Source: Lama guanicoe (lineage: Eukaryota). From it: 64,000 nucleotides of DNA. Position numbers and translations under genes: made by a program. Numbering within the stretch: the stretch's first letter is position 1; every line of letters begins with the position of its first letter. A model generated the notes under the pieces. That model saw only the letters and a list, made by a program, of their open reading frames with translations. It made no database searches and was not told where the DNA came from. Below are positions 10,801-22,687 of the stretch, one piece after another. Location of the stretch: positions 2,034,507 to 2,098,506 of the forward strand of contig MU053376.1 of NCBI GenBank assembly GCA_013239625.1, read 5' to 3'.

Positions 10801-13800
10801 CCCTCTCAGAGTGTGAGCCCATCGAGGCCATTGCCAAGTTTGACTACGTGGGCCGGACAGCTCGAGAGCTGTCCTTCAAAAAGGGGGCATCCCTGCTGCT
10901 TTACCAGCGGGCTTCCGACGACTGGTGGGAAGGCCGGCACAACGGCATCGACGGACTCATCCCCCATCAGTACATCGTGGTCCAGGACACGTACGTTGGG
11001 TCCCCTGCACCTTTAGGGGTCCCTGGCTGCACTGTGGGAGTGAGACTTCATTTCTGGAGCCCAGGAGAATGAGGGAGAGCAACCCCTAGGGGGCGCCAAC
11101 GCAGTCCTGAAGTTTCAGTTTCCTTGAAAGGTCCCCAGACTCGGTGGAGAATTGTTTTTTAACCTCTCCACTGCCAGTCGCATCTCCACCACCCTCCCCA
11201 CCCCTTGTCATTTTAGAAACTTGCCAGCCAGCGCTCATCCACACTTAACACCTGATGAGTGATAATGAAGGCTTATTATTTGACCACCTGTATTGCCTTT
11301 CTGGAAAGATCAGGTTGGGAAAACATTTTGACTTCTCTTTCTTTTTTTAAAAACAACTATGCTCACCCCAACCTGCTGGGCCGCTAATGGCGCTTTCCTA
11401 CTTGCAAATGAAAATGTTGAGCGCATTTTCTAGGAGAAGTCTAGCTTAAGCAGCCCTGTGGAAATAACCAGCTCATTTAACCCAGATGAGGTTGACCTGG
11501 GAAGAGATAGGGGAGAGGAAGGGAAAGGATGTCAGGGAACACAGGGAACATGGACTGGTCCCAGAAAGACTTCATCGCATTCATCAGTTGGTTCCCACGC
11601 TTTGAAGCGATGTCTCCCGGGCAAGAAGGCTTTTACCTGTGGCCCCCAAAACCTGCCTCCCTGCCACGTTGCCTGCCTCTGCCCCTGCCTCCCTCCCCTT
11701 GGATATGATGCTCTCTGTTTTTAGCCCTTCCCTTAATATCATTTCTTAAAGGTTGATATCCTGAATGAGTCTGCACCCTCCCAGCCTCTCCCCAGCTCGT
11801 TCTGCAGGGAGATCCTCCCTCTGTTGATAACATCGCATCCCTGGTGGCCATCTGTGTGTGGACAGGACCCTCCCAAATTTAGCATTATGACTTCACTGCG
11901 GGACCGAGAGAAGATGAATGGTGGGGGAGAAGGGGCTTTCTTTGTCATCAGTAGCCAGAGGGGCCAGGAGAGCAGTGGAGAGACGTGGGACCGGCTTGGA
12001 CGCTCTTAAGCGGGGCTGGATGCCCTACGACAGAGTGTGGCGGTGTCCTGCCTCAACGCCGGCATCTCCAGAGCCACGGCAGAGCCGACTGTCCTCCCCC
12101 AGCCGTGCTCGGGACCTCAGCACATAAACCGCCACCTGGACCAGCTGCCTCCTCCTGCAGGAGGTGGCCCAGCACAGCTGCCCCAGGAAAGCAGCGAGGG
12201 GGTAAAAGGCAGATGCCTCGAATCCAGGTGTCCCCTAGCCCAGCTTTCCGGAGGAGCTGAGGATCCCGCAGAACTCAACAGGATTATTTATTTCTATTTA
12301 AACGCCCCTCCAAAGGCCTGTAGCTTTCCTCGCCTGCGCTCCCAGAGCTAGCCCAGCCAGGCGTTGCCGCTGCCTCCAAGCCATCGCGGGGTCGCGTTGT
12401 GTCGGGAGGGCCGTCTTGCCGATTTAACACTGCTTTTTGTGTTGTTGTTTCCCCTTCCTGCCTGCCTGCCTGCCCCTTCTCCCCCAGCGAGGACGGTGTC
12501 GTGGAGAGGTCCAGCCCCAAGTCTGAGATTGAGGTCATTTCTGAGCCACCTGAAGAAAAGGTGACAGCCAGAGCGGGGGCCAGCTGTCCCAGTGGGGGTC
12601 ATGTAGCTGATATTTATCTTGCAAACATCAACAAGTAAGCTCTGCTTTTCATTTTCTGCTCCCCTGAATGACTCGCAACACCCAGCCTCACCCTCTGGCC
12701 TAACCGTCCCCCCCAATTCCTGTACTGCACGTAGGACCCCCGGCCCCACCTCGACCCAACATCTTGCATGTGCTCGTGGCTGCTGCAAGGCGGACAGGGC
12801 CGAGGAAACATCCAGAGGCCTCGTCGGCAGGCCCAGGGGTCCGGCCAGTGGCAGTCACACTGAGGACGGGTGTGCCTCTCTGTCCCCACAGCGTCTGTCC
12901 GCTCAGACCTTCCAGGCCATCTGACTGCTAAAATTTTGGCCAGTAACTTCGTGCAACTTGGTTCTGTACTGTTTCTCAAAGGTGCCTTCTTTTTTCCAAT
13001 TTGGACTCAAATAATAGTCTTTGATGTTTTCCTTGGCCCTTGTCTGTCCGAAGATCTAAAGTCTCATGTGTCTTCTACCAGGCTTGTGTTACCCAAGACG
13101 GTTTATGTAGATATCACATGTCTCTTTCTCCTTCATCCTGCCTTCGCTCCCACGGAGGAAAGGAGCCCACTGCTCCCTCCAGGAAAGCTTTGTCCTGAGC
13201 TCTCTATTCATTGTCTAACCCCCAGCTCCCCTTCCCCCTGCCCTTTCACACCAGTAGAAATAATTTGCCATTTTTCCCCCATTGCTTTAGCCCTGTGTAT
13301 TATCCTTCCCTATCAGTCCCTTTGCAGATTCCCACTTGTGTCCAGCAGGCTCATAGCTCTGCCCCCTAGCTTTCATTGTGGCTATTAGCAACATCCTGGG
13401 GTTTTAACTCCACCCACACCCGATCTGGCCGTCTAGAGGGATTCCACGCCTGTGTGCTGCTGCCTCCCCTAGAGACATTCAGGTTATTGGAGAACTAATC
13501 TCATCTCAAGGGGCCAGACACCAAGTCCCAAAGCCTACAGACCTCTTTCCGCCAGACCCCGAAACCTGGCCCAGAGCCAGCAGGATGACAAGCCCCAGGG
13601 CGCTCCTGATGAATATGGATTGGAGATGATGTACAGTTTTTATTCCCCTCTGGCTTTGGAGGAATGAAATGATTTGCACACTGAAAACCTGTTAACCATA
13701 GCCTCTGGACACTGAAACTGGAAGGAGAATAAAAGATGCTTGTTGTTTTGAAACTGCACCAGGTCGCCCAGATCTCTTGGCTTTTTTCCAACCAGACGGT

Positions 13801-16800
13801 AGCAGGGGGAGTGGTTGGGGCACGTGGCTCTTTTCCATCTCTTTCACCCTCTAGATAGTAAAGTCGCCCATTCAGCTCACTTAGTCACTGTAGTTATAAT
13901 TTAAGTCAGACTGGTTAAAAAAAATAAATAAAAGACTGAGAATTTTAGTCATTTCCCTCCAGCATAGTGCCCTGTTGGGAGGGCAAGCTAGTAAAAAGTT
14001 AACTGTGGGCTAATCACATTTTCTTCCTTACTTAGAAGTCTACATCAATTATAAGCCTATAATCAGAAGGTGGTAAGCCTGTAATTAACCCAGAAACCAA
14101 GGTGGGGTCGGTGAAGGGAGAGGTAGATGATTAGTTAGGTACACATTTTTAAGCCATCTTATATTTGTTGCCAGTTGTAGAGTAATAGCTGGAATAGTCA
14201 GAAGATGAACATCTGGTGGAAAGTCAGGGTGGTTCCCGTGAACTCCCTGCTCCGTGGAATCAGGATGAGGTCTTGCAGGACACGTTCTGCCTGGACGCCG
14301 GCAGGTCGGTGGGTGAGCGGCAGCCCCTGGGCATGTTCTGCCCTTAGGACTGACCCTGCCTTCCAGCCGTGCCTCCAGCCCACACAGCACTCCTCCCAAG
14401 CTCCTTCTCTTTCCTGAGTGCCCCCCAGGTTCTGTCTCACCCCTGGACCTCCTCATCTGCTGTCTCCTCACCTGGTCAACTCCTGTCCCTTCAAGACTCA
14501 ATCCGAAGATGTGCCTCTTCGGGTAAAGCCTTCCTGACACCCCTGAGTGCCTCAGGGCTGCATTAGGCGCCCTTGAATTCCGAAAGCAGCCTCAGGACTC
14601 AAGCTGCACTTGGATCCCTACCAGGCTGAGCTCCTTGAAACCAGGAACTCTTGTCTTCCTGCCTCCACATCCCCGGGGCCTGGCCCCTAACAGCCACTCC
14701 ATAAATCTGCCTCCTCAGCAGTTTTGCCTTGGTGAGTCAGCCCTCCTCAAGTGGAAAAAGGAAATCGGCAAAGAGTTATTAGGGTGTGGCGCTTCAATTC
14801 AGTTCCATGCATTTATTGAGCACCTGTTGTTGTGCCAAGTACCTGTGCTGGTTCTTCAGAGAGGAATAAGATGACCCCTGACCTCGGAGCTCACAGTCTG
14901 GCAAGGTGAATACCATATAGACAGGGGACTAATAAGTAGTGCCATTGATGTCCTGTAGGGACGGACGGGGGAGTGATCGAGTCTGCCTGCTGATGAGGGT
15001 GGGTGCTGAGGAAGAATTTGCAGAGGAAGAGAAGTCACTCTAGCTGGGTCTTGTAAGACTCTGAGAACATCCTTTATCCATGCGAGAATGGCTGACACCC
15101 AAGACTAAAGCCATGGAGCAGGCAGCCTCACCGAGTGGCTACTATGCGTCAGATGCCAAACCTGGTCCCAGGGATGTATACAGAGGAAGACCTTCCCAGG
15201 GAACAGGACCAGGACTGGCTTAGAAACCTGGCCCTGCTACTAGGATGAGCTCCCAATCTTCAGGTCCTACCCCTTTCCTTCTTCTGTCCTCAGCTCCCGC
15301 CTCAGCCTCAGTGGACCATAGTAGATTCGAGATCAGAGCTGCCCAGCTGCACTCCCAAACCAGAAGTTTCATTGCCTCTTAGATTAGGTCCTTTAGAATC
15401 TGATTACAAGAGAGAATGAAATTATTCTGCAGTGGGCAACACCCATACGGATAAGACTCTGCCAAACCATTTCATCTGAGAGCCATAATGGTCTGAAATA
15501 AACTGTCCCAGAGCCAGGGTTCAGCCCATGCTGGGTGGCATGGGGTCACAAGATGTATTTCCACCCTAGGAAATGCACAAATTTGGCCCTCACGTTGCAG
15601 CATTGCAGCCTCTTGAAAAATACTCTGTTCCATGTCTGCAGCATAAGTGATAAACAGCTTCTTGCCAAAGTCCAAAATAATTCCAGTTTTGTAAGTGGAC
15701 TAGGAAACATGCTTAAACTTTGGGAAAGTCAACTCTCCTCTTACCAGCAATTCCCTGCCTCCTTGGCAACGGTGAGAATTTTTCTCCTACCTGGGGCCTG
15801 GTTGCTGTTCAAAGCAGGCAATAAGGGTGCCTTTCCGTGAATCTGTCTCCTGTTAGAAACTTTTGCTTAACCAGACGTTTTTCCTGACAGCACCTTACAT
15901 CTTGAGACCTCAAAGCCCACGACCACCAAGTAAGTATGCATTTCTCTTTTGTCCAGGTCGGGGGTGGCAGGTGGGCAGAGACTTGGAGAAAACACGGGCA
16001 GGTGAAACAGGAGGGAACGTGCCCTGTGTCCTCTCCTTGCAGAAGCCCCTGGGTGCCACCATCTGTCCCTCTCACTCGTCCTAGCTTCCTCGGAGCCAAG
16101 GCTGCCTGATCATACTGCCCTTTCTGTTTGTCATTAAAGGCAAAGGAAGCGGCCGGAATCTGGGAGCATCCGGAAAACGTTTCGGAGCGACAGCCATGGG
16201 CTGAGCAGTTCCCTGACTGATTCCGCCTCCCCGGGGGTGGGGGCTGGCTGCCGCCCATCTTCCCAGCCCATCATGAGCCAGAGCCTCCCCAAGGAAGGGC
16301 CAGATAAGTGTTCCATCAGTGGGCACGGAAGCCTCAACTCCATCAGCCGCCACTCCTCCCTGAAGAACCGGCTAGACAGTCCCCAGATCCGGAAGACAGT
16401 GACAGCAGGGAGGTCAAAAAGCTTCAATAACCACCGGCCCATGGACCCCGAGGTCATTGCACAGGTAACTGGGGGCTCTTGGATGAACAGCTCCAATGAG
16501 TCTACACTGGTCACAACTGCTTAGTGCAGCCCATGCTAATTGTGACAGGACTTGAAACAGAACGGTGCTTTGTACATTATCCAACGATTTCAGGGACTGA
16601 TGGACATCTAGACCTGATAAGACAGCTTTCCAAGAAATCTGTTGATCCCTCTCTCCCCAAGAAGAACTTAGACAGAATAAAAGAATACAGGCTTCTTGCT
16701 CATGTACGGACTATTTGCAGGGCTGCTGTCGTTTTGGAAGCCAGTAGTTACAGATAGCATATTTTTGATAGAATCCATTCAGCCTGAGTTTCAGGTCTTG

Positions 16801-18983
16801 AGACCCTGGTAGGCTTCAGTGAAGCTGCCCAAGTGGTGAGGCTCAGCGGTAGTTCTGGCCGCACTTCCATATCACTGTGCCAGTCCCATCATCCCCGAGG
16901 CTAAGCTCTGGGGCCTAGTGATCGACCAGTGATCAGTCTGCTCCTGGTCTTGAAGGCCCCAAATTACTCTGCCCCCCGGGGCTTGGGTACCAGAAGGGTT
17001 TCCAGCCCAAGTCTCCAGAGGCAGTGGAGCTGAGTATCCTGGTTACAGGATCTTCCTTTGGTGTATGCACCACACTGACAAGTCTCTATTTTCCATGAAA
17101 CATTAGAGATCCAACCCCACCTCTAAAAATCCGACTTCCGGGGCCACTCCAAGCAGTTCACTCAGACGTCTCTCCCAACTCTATAATTTTCATTAGACCA
17201 GGTAGGAACCAAGGGCTCACTGTTACCCTTTCATGTCTCAACCGAGTTGAGATGATCCTTACCCCAGCTTGGAGGGGGCAATAGAGGCTGGGTGTGGTCT
17301 CTATTGGCTTAATTGTGGTGCTCTGCTTAGGGAAGGTGAACCTGGCAAGCACAGTATTAAGCTACGGGCCTGAGATGTCTTGCTTTGCTGGCCTTCTGTT
17401 GCTGTGCCTCTCCTTAAGCTCTTGGCTGCAATCTGCCTGACACCACGGGAATCCTCCCAGCTCCCTCTTTGGCCCGGTGTTCATAGGAATGTCAGAACAG
17501 GTACACAGCGGGGACAGACTCCAACTGCAGAGCAGGACTGAGGAAGGAGATGGAGTTCTTCCTGAGCATTTTTAAGGTTTGAGAGCATCAGAGAGATGAG
17601 TGAAATTGAACCCCTGTCAGCAGAGAGCATGGATCACCCTGTAAGACAAAGAAGCCTTAACCAGGGGCCTTTGCTTGAAACACGCAGTCTTTCAATGTGA
17701 GTTTAATCCCAAGAGAGGAATCCTGTGGTAGCTTTGGGGGCGCCAGACAAAGTGAGTGGGGAGGTGGGGAAGGGGCTGGGAGGTCTCCCTGGGAGGCCGC
17801 TGGCTGCATACAAAGGGTCTTTGGTTCTGCCTTGAGCCCCTGAGCTAGGACTGCTGTTCCTAAGCTATGGCGTGTTCCATTGTGACTCGCAGGAGATTCA
17901 CCTTTGTGGGCTCTGGCTCCCTCTCTTGGTCACTCCTTGGCCCCCTCTCGTGGTGATGGGTAGAAGGAAATGGCTTCATCAAGATGGGCACTCGGATGGG
18001 GTGGGGTGGGGGCCAGCATCCTGATGAATCCTCAGGGCCAGGACTCCTGAACCTTCCCTCAACCCCTGAGGAGGAAGGACTAACCCTCTTAACCTTTCTT
18101 AACCTTTGGCCTTGAAGTCCAAAATAATAAAATTCATATTTCACCTCTACTACTTTAAAAAAAAGTTTATTATGTACAGTTTCAAGCATATACAGAAGTA
18201 GAGAGAATTGGGTAATGGATCCCACGTCCTCATGACCAAACTCCTGATCACGCCAAGTCCATCCACCTTTCCTCTCCCCACTGGACTACATGTCATCTCG
18301 TCCAAAAACACATCAGTGCACATATCTAAACCCTGAGGACACTATTTCAAAAACATCTCAACCACTTTATGTAAAGTGGAGGGGTTAAAAAAAAAAAAAA
18401 CCTCATGATGATGAAAATCCCTTTGTCTTCCGTCTCTCACGTTCCGAACATCCACATGTTCAAGAATTTGGGCCTAATCAACACATCTGGCATCTCCTTA
18501 CTGTTGGCTTCTTCATGATTTGGCCCATGTTGTTGAAGTAGGACCCCGGGGGACTTCTCGCTGCCTGTGCCTCACTTCCTCCTTCCTCCCATTTCGCAGG
18601 ACATCGAGGCGACTATGAACTCCGCCCTGAACGAGCTGCGGGAGCTCGAGCGGCAGAGCAGCGTCAAACACACCCCGGACGTGGTCCTGGACACCTTGGA
18701 GCCCCTCAAGACGTCCCCTGTGGTGGCCCCCACGTCGGAGCCCTCCAGCCCCCTGCACACCCAGCTCCTCAAGGACCCCGAGCCCGCCTTCCAGCGCAGT
18801 GCCAGCACTGCTGGGGACATCGCCTGCGCCTTCCGGCCTGTTAAGTCCGTCAAGGTGGCGGCCCCGGTCAAGCCACCAGCCACGCGGCCCAAGCCCACTG
18901 TCTTCCCCAAAACCAATGCCACTAGCCCCGGCGTCAACTCCTCAGCCTCCCCACAGTCCACTGACAAGTCTTGTACTGTCTGA
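4672..18983 (+). CDS. SRGAP2: SLIT-ROBO Rho GTPase-activating protein 2, 3' part: join(4672-4896,8583-8662,10810-10990,12488-12634,16140-16464,18600-18983); upstream exons lie outside the window
   Basis: Six GT-AG exons splice in frame to the RhoGAP end ([24 protein letters not shown]), SH3 ([20 protein letters not shown]...WWEGRHNG) and C-terminus ...STDKSCTV*; syntenic with IKBKE and RASSF5. Confidence 0.97.
7003..7150. mobile_element. MER5A-like hAT-Charlie DNA transposon relic
   Basis: CAGTGGTTTTCAAA terminus, CCCAGACCAGCAGC...ATCAC, GAATCGGAAACCCTGGGAGTGAGGCC, TAACAAGCC. Confidence 0.6.
7603..7709 (+). mobile_element. tRNA-Ala(AGC)-derived SINE (camelid vic-1-like)
   Basis: GGGTATAGCTCAGTGGAAGAGTGCATGCTTAGCATGCAAGAGGTCCTGGGTTCATTCCCCAGTACTTCCA followed by (TAAA)n/A tail; flanking AGAAGTAAAC/AGAAGTGAAC target-site duplication. 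Confidence 0.85.
8090..8278 (-). mobile_element. MIR SINE
   Basis: CATTATCCTCAATTTATAGAT...AGAGATGAGGTAATTGCCCAGGGTCACGCAGCTA...AGAGCTGGCTTTCAGATCCAG, reverse MIR core. Confidence 0.65.
8583..8662 (+). CDS. SRGAP2: SRGAP2 80-nt exon (GAP-SH3 linker); absent from the ORF track
   Basis: ctgttgcag acceptor, G|gtacgg donor; (C)[26 protein letters not shown](E); phases fit both neighbours. Confidence 0.93.
9791..9877. repeat. 23-bp minisatellite, about 3.8 copies
   Basis: CACCAGCCCCGGCT(G/A)TCTTGTCC head-to-tail. Confidence 0.95.
10810..10990 (+). CDS. SRGAP2: SRGAP2 SH3-domain exon
   Basis: ccctctcag acceptor, AC|gtacgt donor; [60 protein letters not shown]. Confidence 0.97.
12488..12634 (+). 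CDS. SRGAP2: SRGAP2 exon after SH3
   Basis: ctcccccag acceptor, AA|gtaagc donor; [48 protein letters not shown](K). Confidence 0.95.
13728..13733 (+). terminator. Candidate intronic polyadenylation signal for a short SRGAP2 isoform
   Basis: AATAAA followed by GT/T-rich sequence (TTGTTGTTTT, CTTGGCTTTTTT); reading through the 12635 donor meets an immediate TAA. Confidence 0.55.
16140..16464 (+). CDS. SRGAP2: SRGAP2 penultimate coding exon
   Basis: tcattaaag acceptor, CAG|gtaact donor; [23 protein letters not shown]...[18 protein letters not shown]. Confidence 0.95.
18600..18983 (+). CDS. SRGAP2: SRGAP2 last coding exon
   Basis: atttcgcag acceptor; [19 protein letters not shown]...[11 protein letters not shown] at 18981-18983. 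Confidence 0.97.
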   Translation, partial: DIEATMNSALNELRELERQSSVKHTPDVVLDTLEPLKTSPVVAPTSEPSSPLHTQLLKDPEPAFQRSASTAGDIACAFRPVKSVKVAAPVKPPATRPKPTVFPKTNATSPGVNSSASPQSTDKSCTV

Positions 18984-19187
18984 GGGATGTAATTTAATTG
19001 TTCTTGACAAGGGGACTGGAGGGACTGACTGTTATTAAAATCTTCCTATTTAACTAGCTTGGGGACTTCGGTTGAAAATTAGATTCTAAGTTGTTCTTGC
19101 AGGAATTAGCCTTCCCATCACCCAAAACCTTGAGAATGAAGCCCTCGTTATCGCCCTGCCCTTCCCCTCCCTTCCCCCAGCCCCCTG

Positions 19188-19208
19188 NNNNNNNNNNNNN
19201 NNNNNNNN
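19188..19208. other. Assembly gap (21 N) in a C-rich tract
   Basis: Run of N flanked by poly-C-rich sequence. Confidence 0.99.
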
Positions 19209-21949
19209 CCTGCCCCCCACCCCCTCATTGTCGTAATCCAGCCAGCTACAGTACATACTGTTCTTAGGCTAGCCGGAGATAGGTTTTTCCATTATCAGGT
19301 CACTGTGAAATCTGGCAAGGCAAGTCATGGGGCCGTGGCTGAAGCCTCAGTCCCGCAGACACAGGGGAAGCCTGCCCAGATGGTTGGCTGCCGACAGCCA
19401 GCTCTCAGTGGCATCTTGTTTTGGGTACTGATTACAGAGAATCATACACAGTCCATTCTCCATTTTATACACACACACACACATACATACATACACACGT
19501 AAGTTTTTCTAGTCTCTGGCATGTGTAGCCTCTCCTGGTCCTAGATAGACCAGTCTCTTTGTAAGTTATTGTGGCAGTTCACACAGGAGCCACCAGAGGT
19601 CTCTGTTTCCGTTACAAATCTTGTTCCGTCTGGGCGGAGAGCCTAGCCTTGGACATCTCTCCACCACGTGACATTTAACAGGACGGGACTCAATCCTGTA
19701 ATGTGTTGGGGGTTGGGGGCTTTGTCTTCTTTCTATTGGTGTGAATTGGTCATTGGTGTTTGCTTTTGCCCTCCTCCATCCTCTAGAACTACACCCCGAT
19801 CTTACGGAACTTTGAAAGTTTTTCCGAATGTATAGACGTTTCTCGGGTTCCTATCTTTGTCTCTGATGGACCATTTTCCATTTAAGACATTTTCCTGTAT
19901 AAGACAGTTTTATAGTCGGTTCCTTTTAGAGTAAAGAGTCTTAAGAGAGTTTTATTGTGTTTATGGCAGGTTTGGAAAAGGTAAGAAATGGGTGCTCTTC
20001 CTCCCACTTTTTTGGGTACTTAAGGCAAAATTCATTATCCTATCGAAAATTAAATTCATCTTTGCTAACCCTAAAATTCTTCCCAAATGGAAATTGATTC
20101 CAGGTTTGTCCCGCAGTTGGGTTAATCTACAAGGTCTCTCTTCCCGGACCAACGGGGGCTTAGGGAGCCCTAGTTAGATAAAGGGAGACGCTGCCCCTTA
20201 AAACTGGTTTTCATTTATCCAGACAAGGACAACTAATAGAACTTTGGCCCCAGGTGCTCTAAAGTCTTTCCAAGGCCTGAACCTAAGAAAATAAAAAATT
20301 GGATACTGAATATTTTGGCCTTCCTTTGGCCTTTTTTTCTGGTTCACCTCCACAAAGCAAAAATGATACCCTAGTCTGCTTTAATAATTCACTCTCAATC
20401 TGGTGTCCGTGGCCCCAGCTCCCCTGGCACCATGCTGTCCCAGGAGTACCCCGCTGGGTACAGTCACACCCCAGGCTCACGGGTCTCAGACAACTACTTG
20501 AGTTAAAACTGAAACCTATTCCTCTTCCCTGTTTTCTGGTTTTAAAGCTATGCTTTTGGCCTTATTTTCCACAGTTCAGGAGAGAGAGTTGGTTGCCATT
20601 CCGATAGGAAAATCTGTGTTTTCTTATCTTTGGCCGAGAAGATCCTTTTTGGTCCAACATTCTGAAGTCGGTAGTTGGCTCTGGGGAATGGTAGGATTTC
20701 CCTCACTCTGTGTGAGGGAAATGGGGGGCTTTATGGGTCATCACCAACCAGAAGGGCAGCCCGCAACACCAGGAAAACCATCCCAAGAGCTGGAAGGGAG
20801 AGAGGAAGAGCTTCAGTGAGTGAGGCCACCTGTGAGGGGCGACCCGCAGTCTTCTGAATTCTTGGCTTTTGTTGCTCTGTTTAGTGGCCTGTCCTTGTGT
20901 GTCCCCTGGACTTCCACAGGTCCCGAGCCAGCGGGGGCTTTCATCCCCAAGGATCTGTTTCCTCGCTGAAAATGAAGCCCCACCCTTCACTTTACATTCC
21001 TTTTGATCCGACTGGTCCAGATTGGTGCCCATACCTGCCCTTCTCCCTTCCCTCCAGCACATCCTTCTCTAGGAAGGTAAAGGCAGACCTTCCTTAACGA
21101 CAGCACCTGGGGCCTGTTGTGCTGCTTCTGCCTCATTTCTCTTCCAGCCCTGTACCTGACTTGCGTTCACCGTCCCCTCGGGCAGTGTCCGTCTGCTGAT
21201 TGGCATCATGAACTGGACAGTGTGTGAGTGGTCACCTGCTCCCCCGCCCCGCGCTGGGAGCTGAGCTGTCTTCCCCTCTCTGGTGCTCCTGACACCTGTG
21301 AGACGGTCCTGTCGAGAGGACGAGGAACCCTCGGAGGAGAGTTCTTCTCGGCAGAGCTCATTGCAATCAACTGGAATCGAGGTTGCACACTGTGATTTTT
21401 ACACCGAGAAGCCAAACAGAGCTGGCCACCCAGGGCCTAGGGAGACCAGTCTTCCTCAGAGATGTCTGCCTAAACCAGCATGATGCTTCAGAGAGCCCCA
21501 CTCTGCCTCCTCTTCCTGGTGTGGACTCAGATGGGTCAGTCACTGGGCGGCAGAGGTGGGGTGGGGCTCCCAGCATCCCAGTTTGGAAAAAAGAGGAGTT
21601 TGCAGCCAGCAGCCTGTAAACTGGAAACACTGGTCTCAGCCAACCTCCTCAGGGCGCCCTGGTTTTCTCCCCAAAGAGATGAGCAGAGCCGACGCCAGCA
21701 ATGGGATGAACAGGCCCCTGGAAGGGCTGGTGTACATGAACTTCACGCTCAGAAGAGAAGTTAGGTCTTCCAGGCAATTGCAATGTTATGGCGTCTGACT
21801 TGTATGTCACGTCTGTGTAAAACGGTATATTCTTTAAAAATAGTGTTGATAACTGGAATATTGTATGTATGCTTGGCGATGCTTTGTGTGAACCTAAGAC
21901 TGTCACTCAACAGATGTTGGATTGGGGAAAATCCAAAGCACAACTTCGA

Positions 21950-21955
21950 AATAAA
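21950..21955 (+). terminator. SRGAP2 polyadenylation signal
   Basis: AATAAA followed by TACGTTTTTAGGTTTCG. Confidence 0.7.
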
Positions 21956-22549
21956 ATACGTTTTTAGGTTTCGATGCTGCAGTTTATATCCCTTCTCCAA
22001 CGCCCTGAAATCTCCAATCCAGGAGTCCCACTGCCCAGGAGGGATTTTGATTCGTCTGTGGTCACGGAGCCCTGCCTGGCAACAGAAGGAGAGATGGGGT
22101 GACCTGAGGAGCCAACCATCTTCTTTCTCCCCCAGCAAGATGCGGCAGAGTGTATTTAGAACGTGGATTCTTCCCCCCCAGCATTTCCATTTAGCCCATG
22201 TGTGGAACCTAAGCCTCCCAGCTCACCACTGGGCGGCCTGTTGCCATGAGAACCATGTCCTTCAGAATCTGCCTGCCCTGTTTTCAGTGAGGACTGGTGT
22301 CATTTCTGTCTCTAGTCAGATTTCCCCACTTGCTGGAGTGGAGCCCACGAAGTCGCTGGGAAGCTTTGCCAGCCACAGCCAAGGGTAACTGAAGGTTTGA
22401 TTTCTTCCGCAACTAAAGCCCTGGGTCATTCTGCCCTTGGCAGCCCCCTACCTCTGGGAGGGCAGCTGACCTGTGTGTTTGTGCTGCTGGTGTTGAGTAC
22501 GGGGGTGGGGAGGGGATGGACAGGGACTGCCTTCTCTCCTTTAGATTTT

Positions 22550-22687
22550 TGTTTTTAATTTTTTGGGGGGTGGAGGGTAATTTCATTTATTTATTTTATT
22601 TATTTCTTAATGGAGGGACTGGGGATTGAACTCAGGACCTTGTGCATGCTAAGCAGGCACTCTACCACTGAGCTGTACAGTCCCCCA
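22550..22687 (-). mobile_element. tRNA-Ala-derived SINE with 15-bp TSD
   Basis: Reverse tRNA-Ala-like head (GGGGATTGAACTCAGGACCTTGTGCATGCTAAGC...CTACCACTGAGCT), T-rich tail; perfect TSD TCTCCTTTAGATTTT at 22535-22549 and 22688-22702. Confidence 0.9.

Larger units (their letters stand above)
18984..21975 (+). other. SRGAP2: SRGAP2 3'UTR (~3 kb); end approximate
   Basis: Repeat-poor sequence from the stop codon to AATAAA at 21950-21955 with T-rich downstream sequence. Confidence 0.7.

Noticed and set aside
4672..18983. Human-specific truncated paralogue (SRGAP2B/C)
   Set aside because: Contains GAP, SH3 and C-terminal exons that those paralogues lack; ancestral synteny; non-primate repeat content
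19141..19230. Structural feature at the N run in the SRGAP2 3'UTR
   Set aside because: Assembly gap in a poly-C tract; content and true length unknown
21283..22388. ORFs in and after the SRGAP2 3'UTR (including 201 aa at 21783-22388)
   Set aside because: No recognisable domain or splice support; the longest crosses the poly(A) signal
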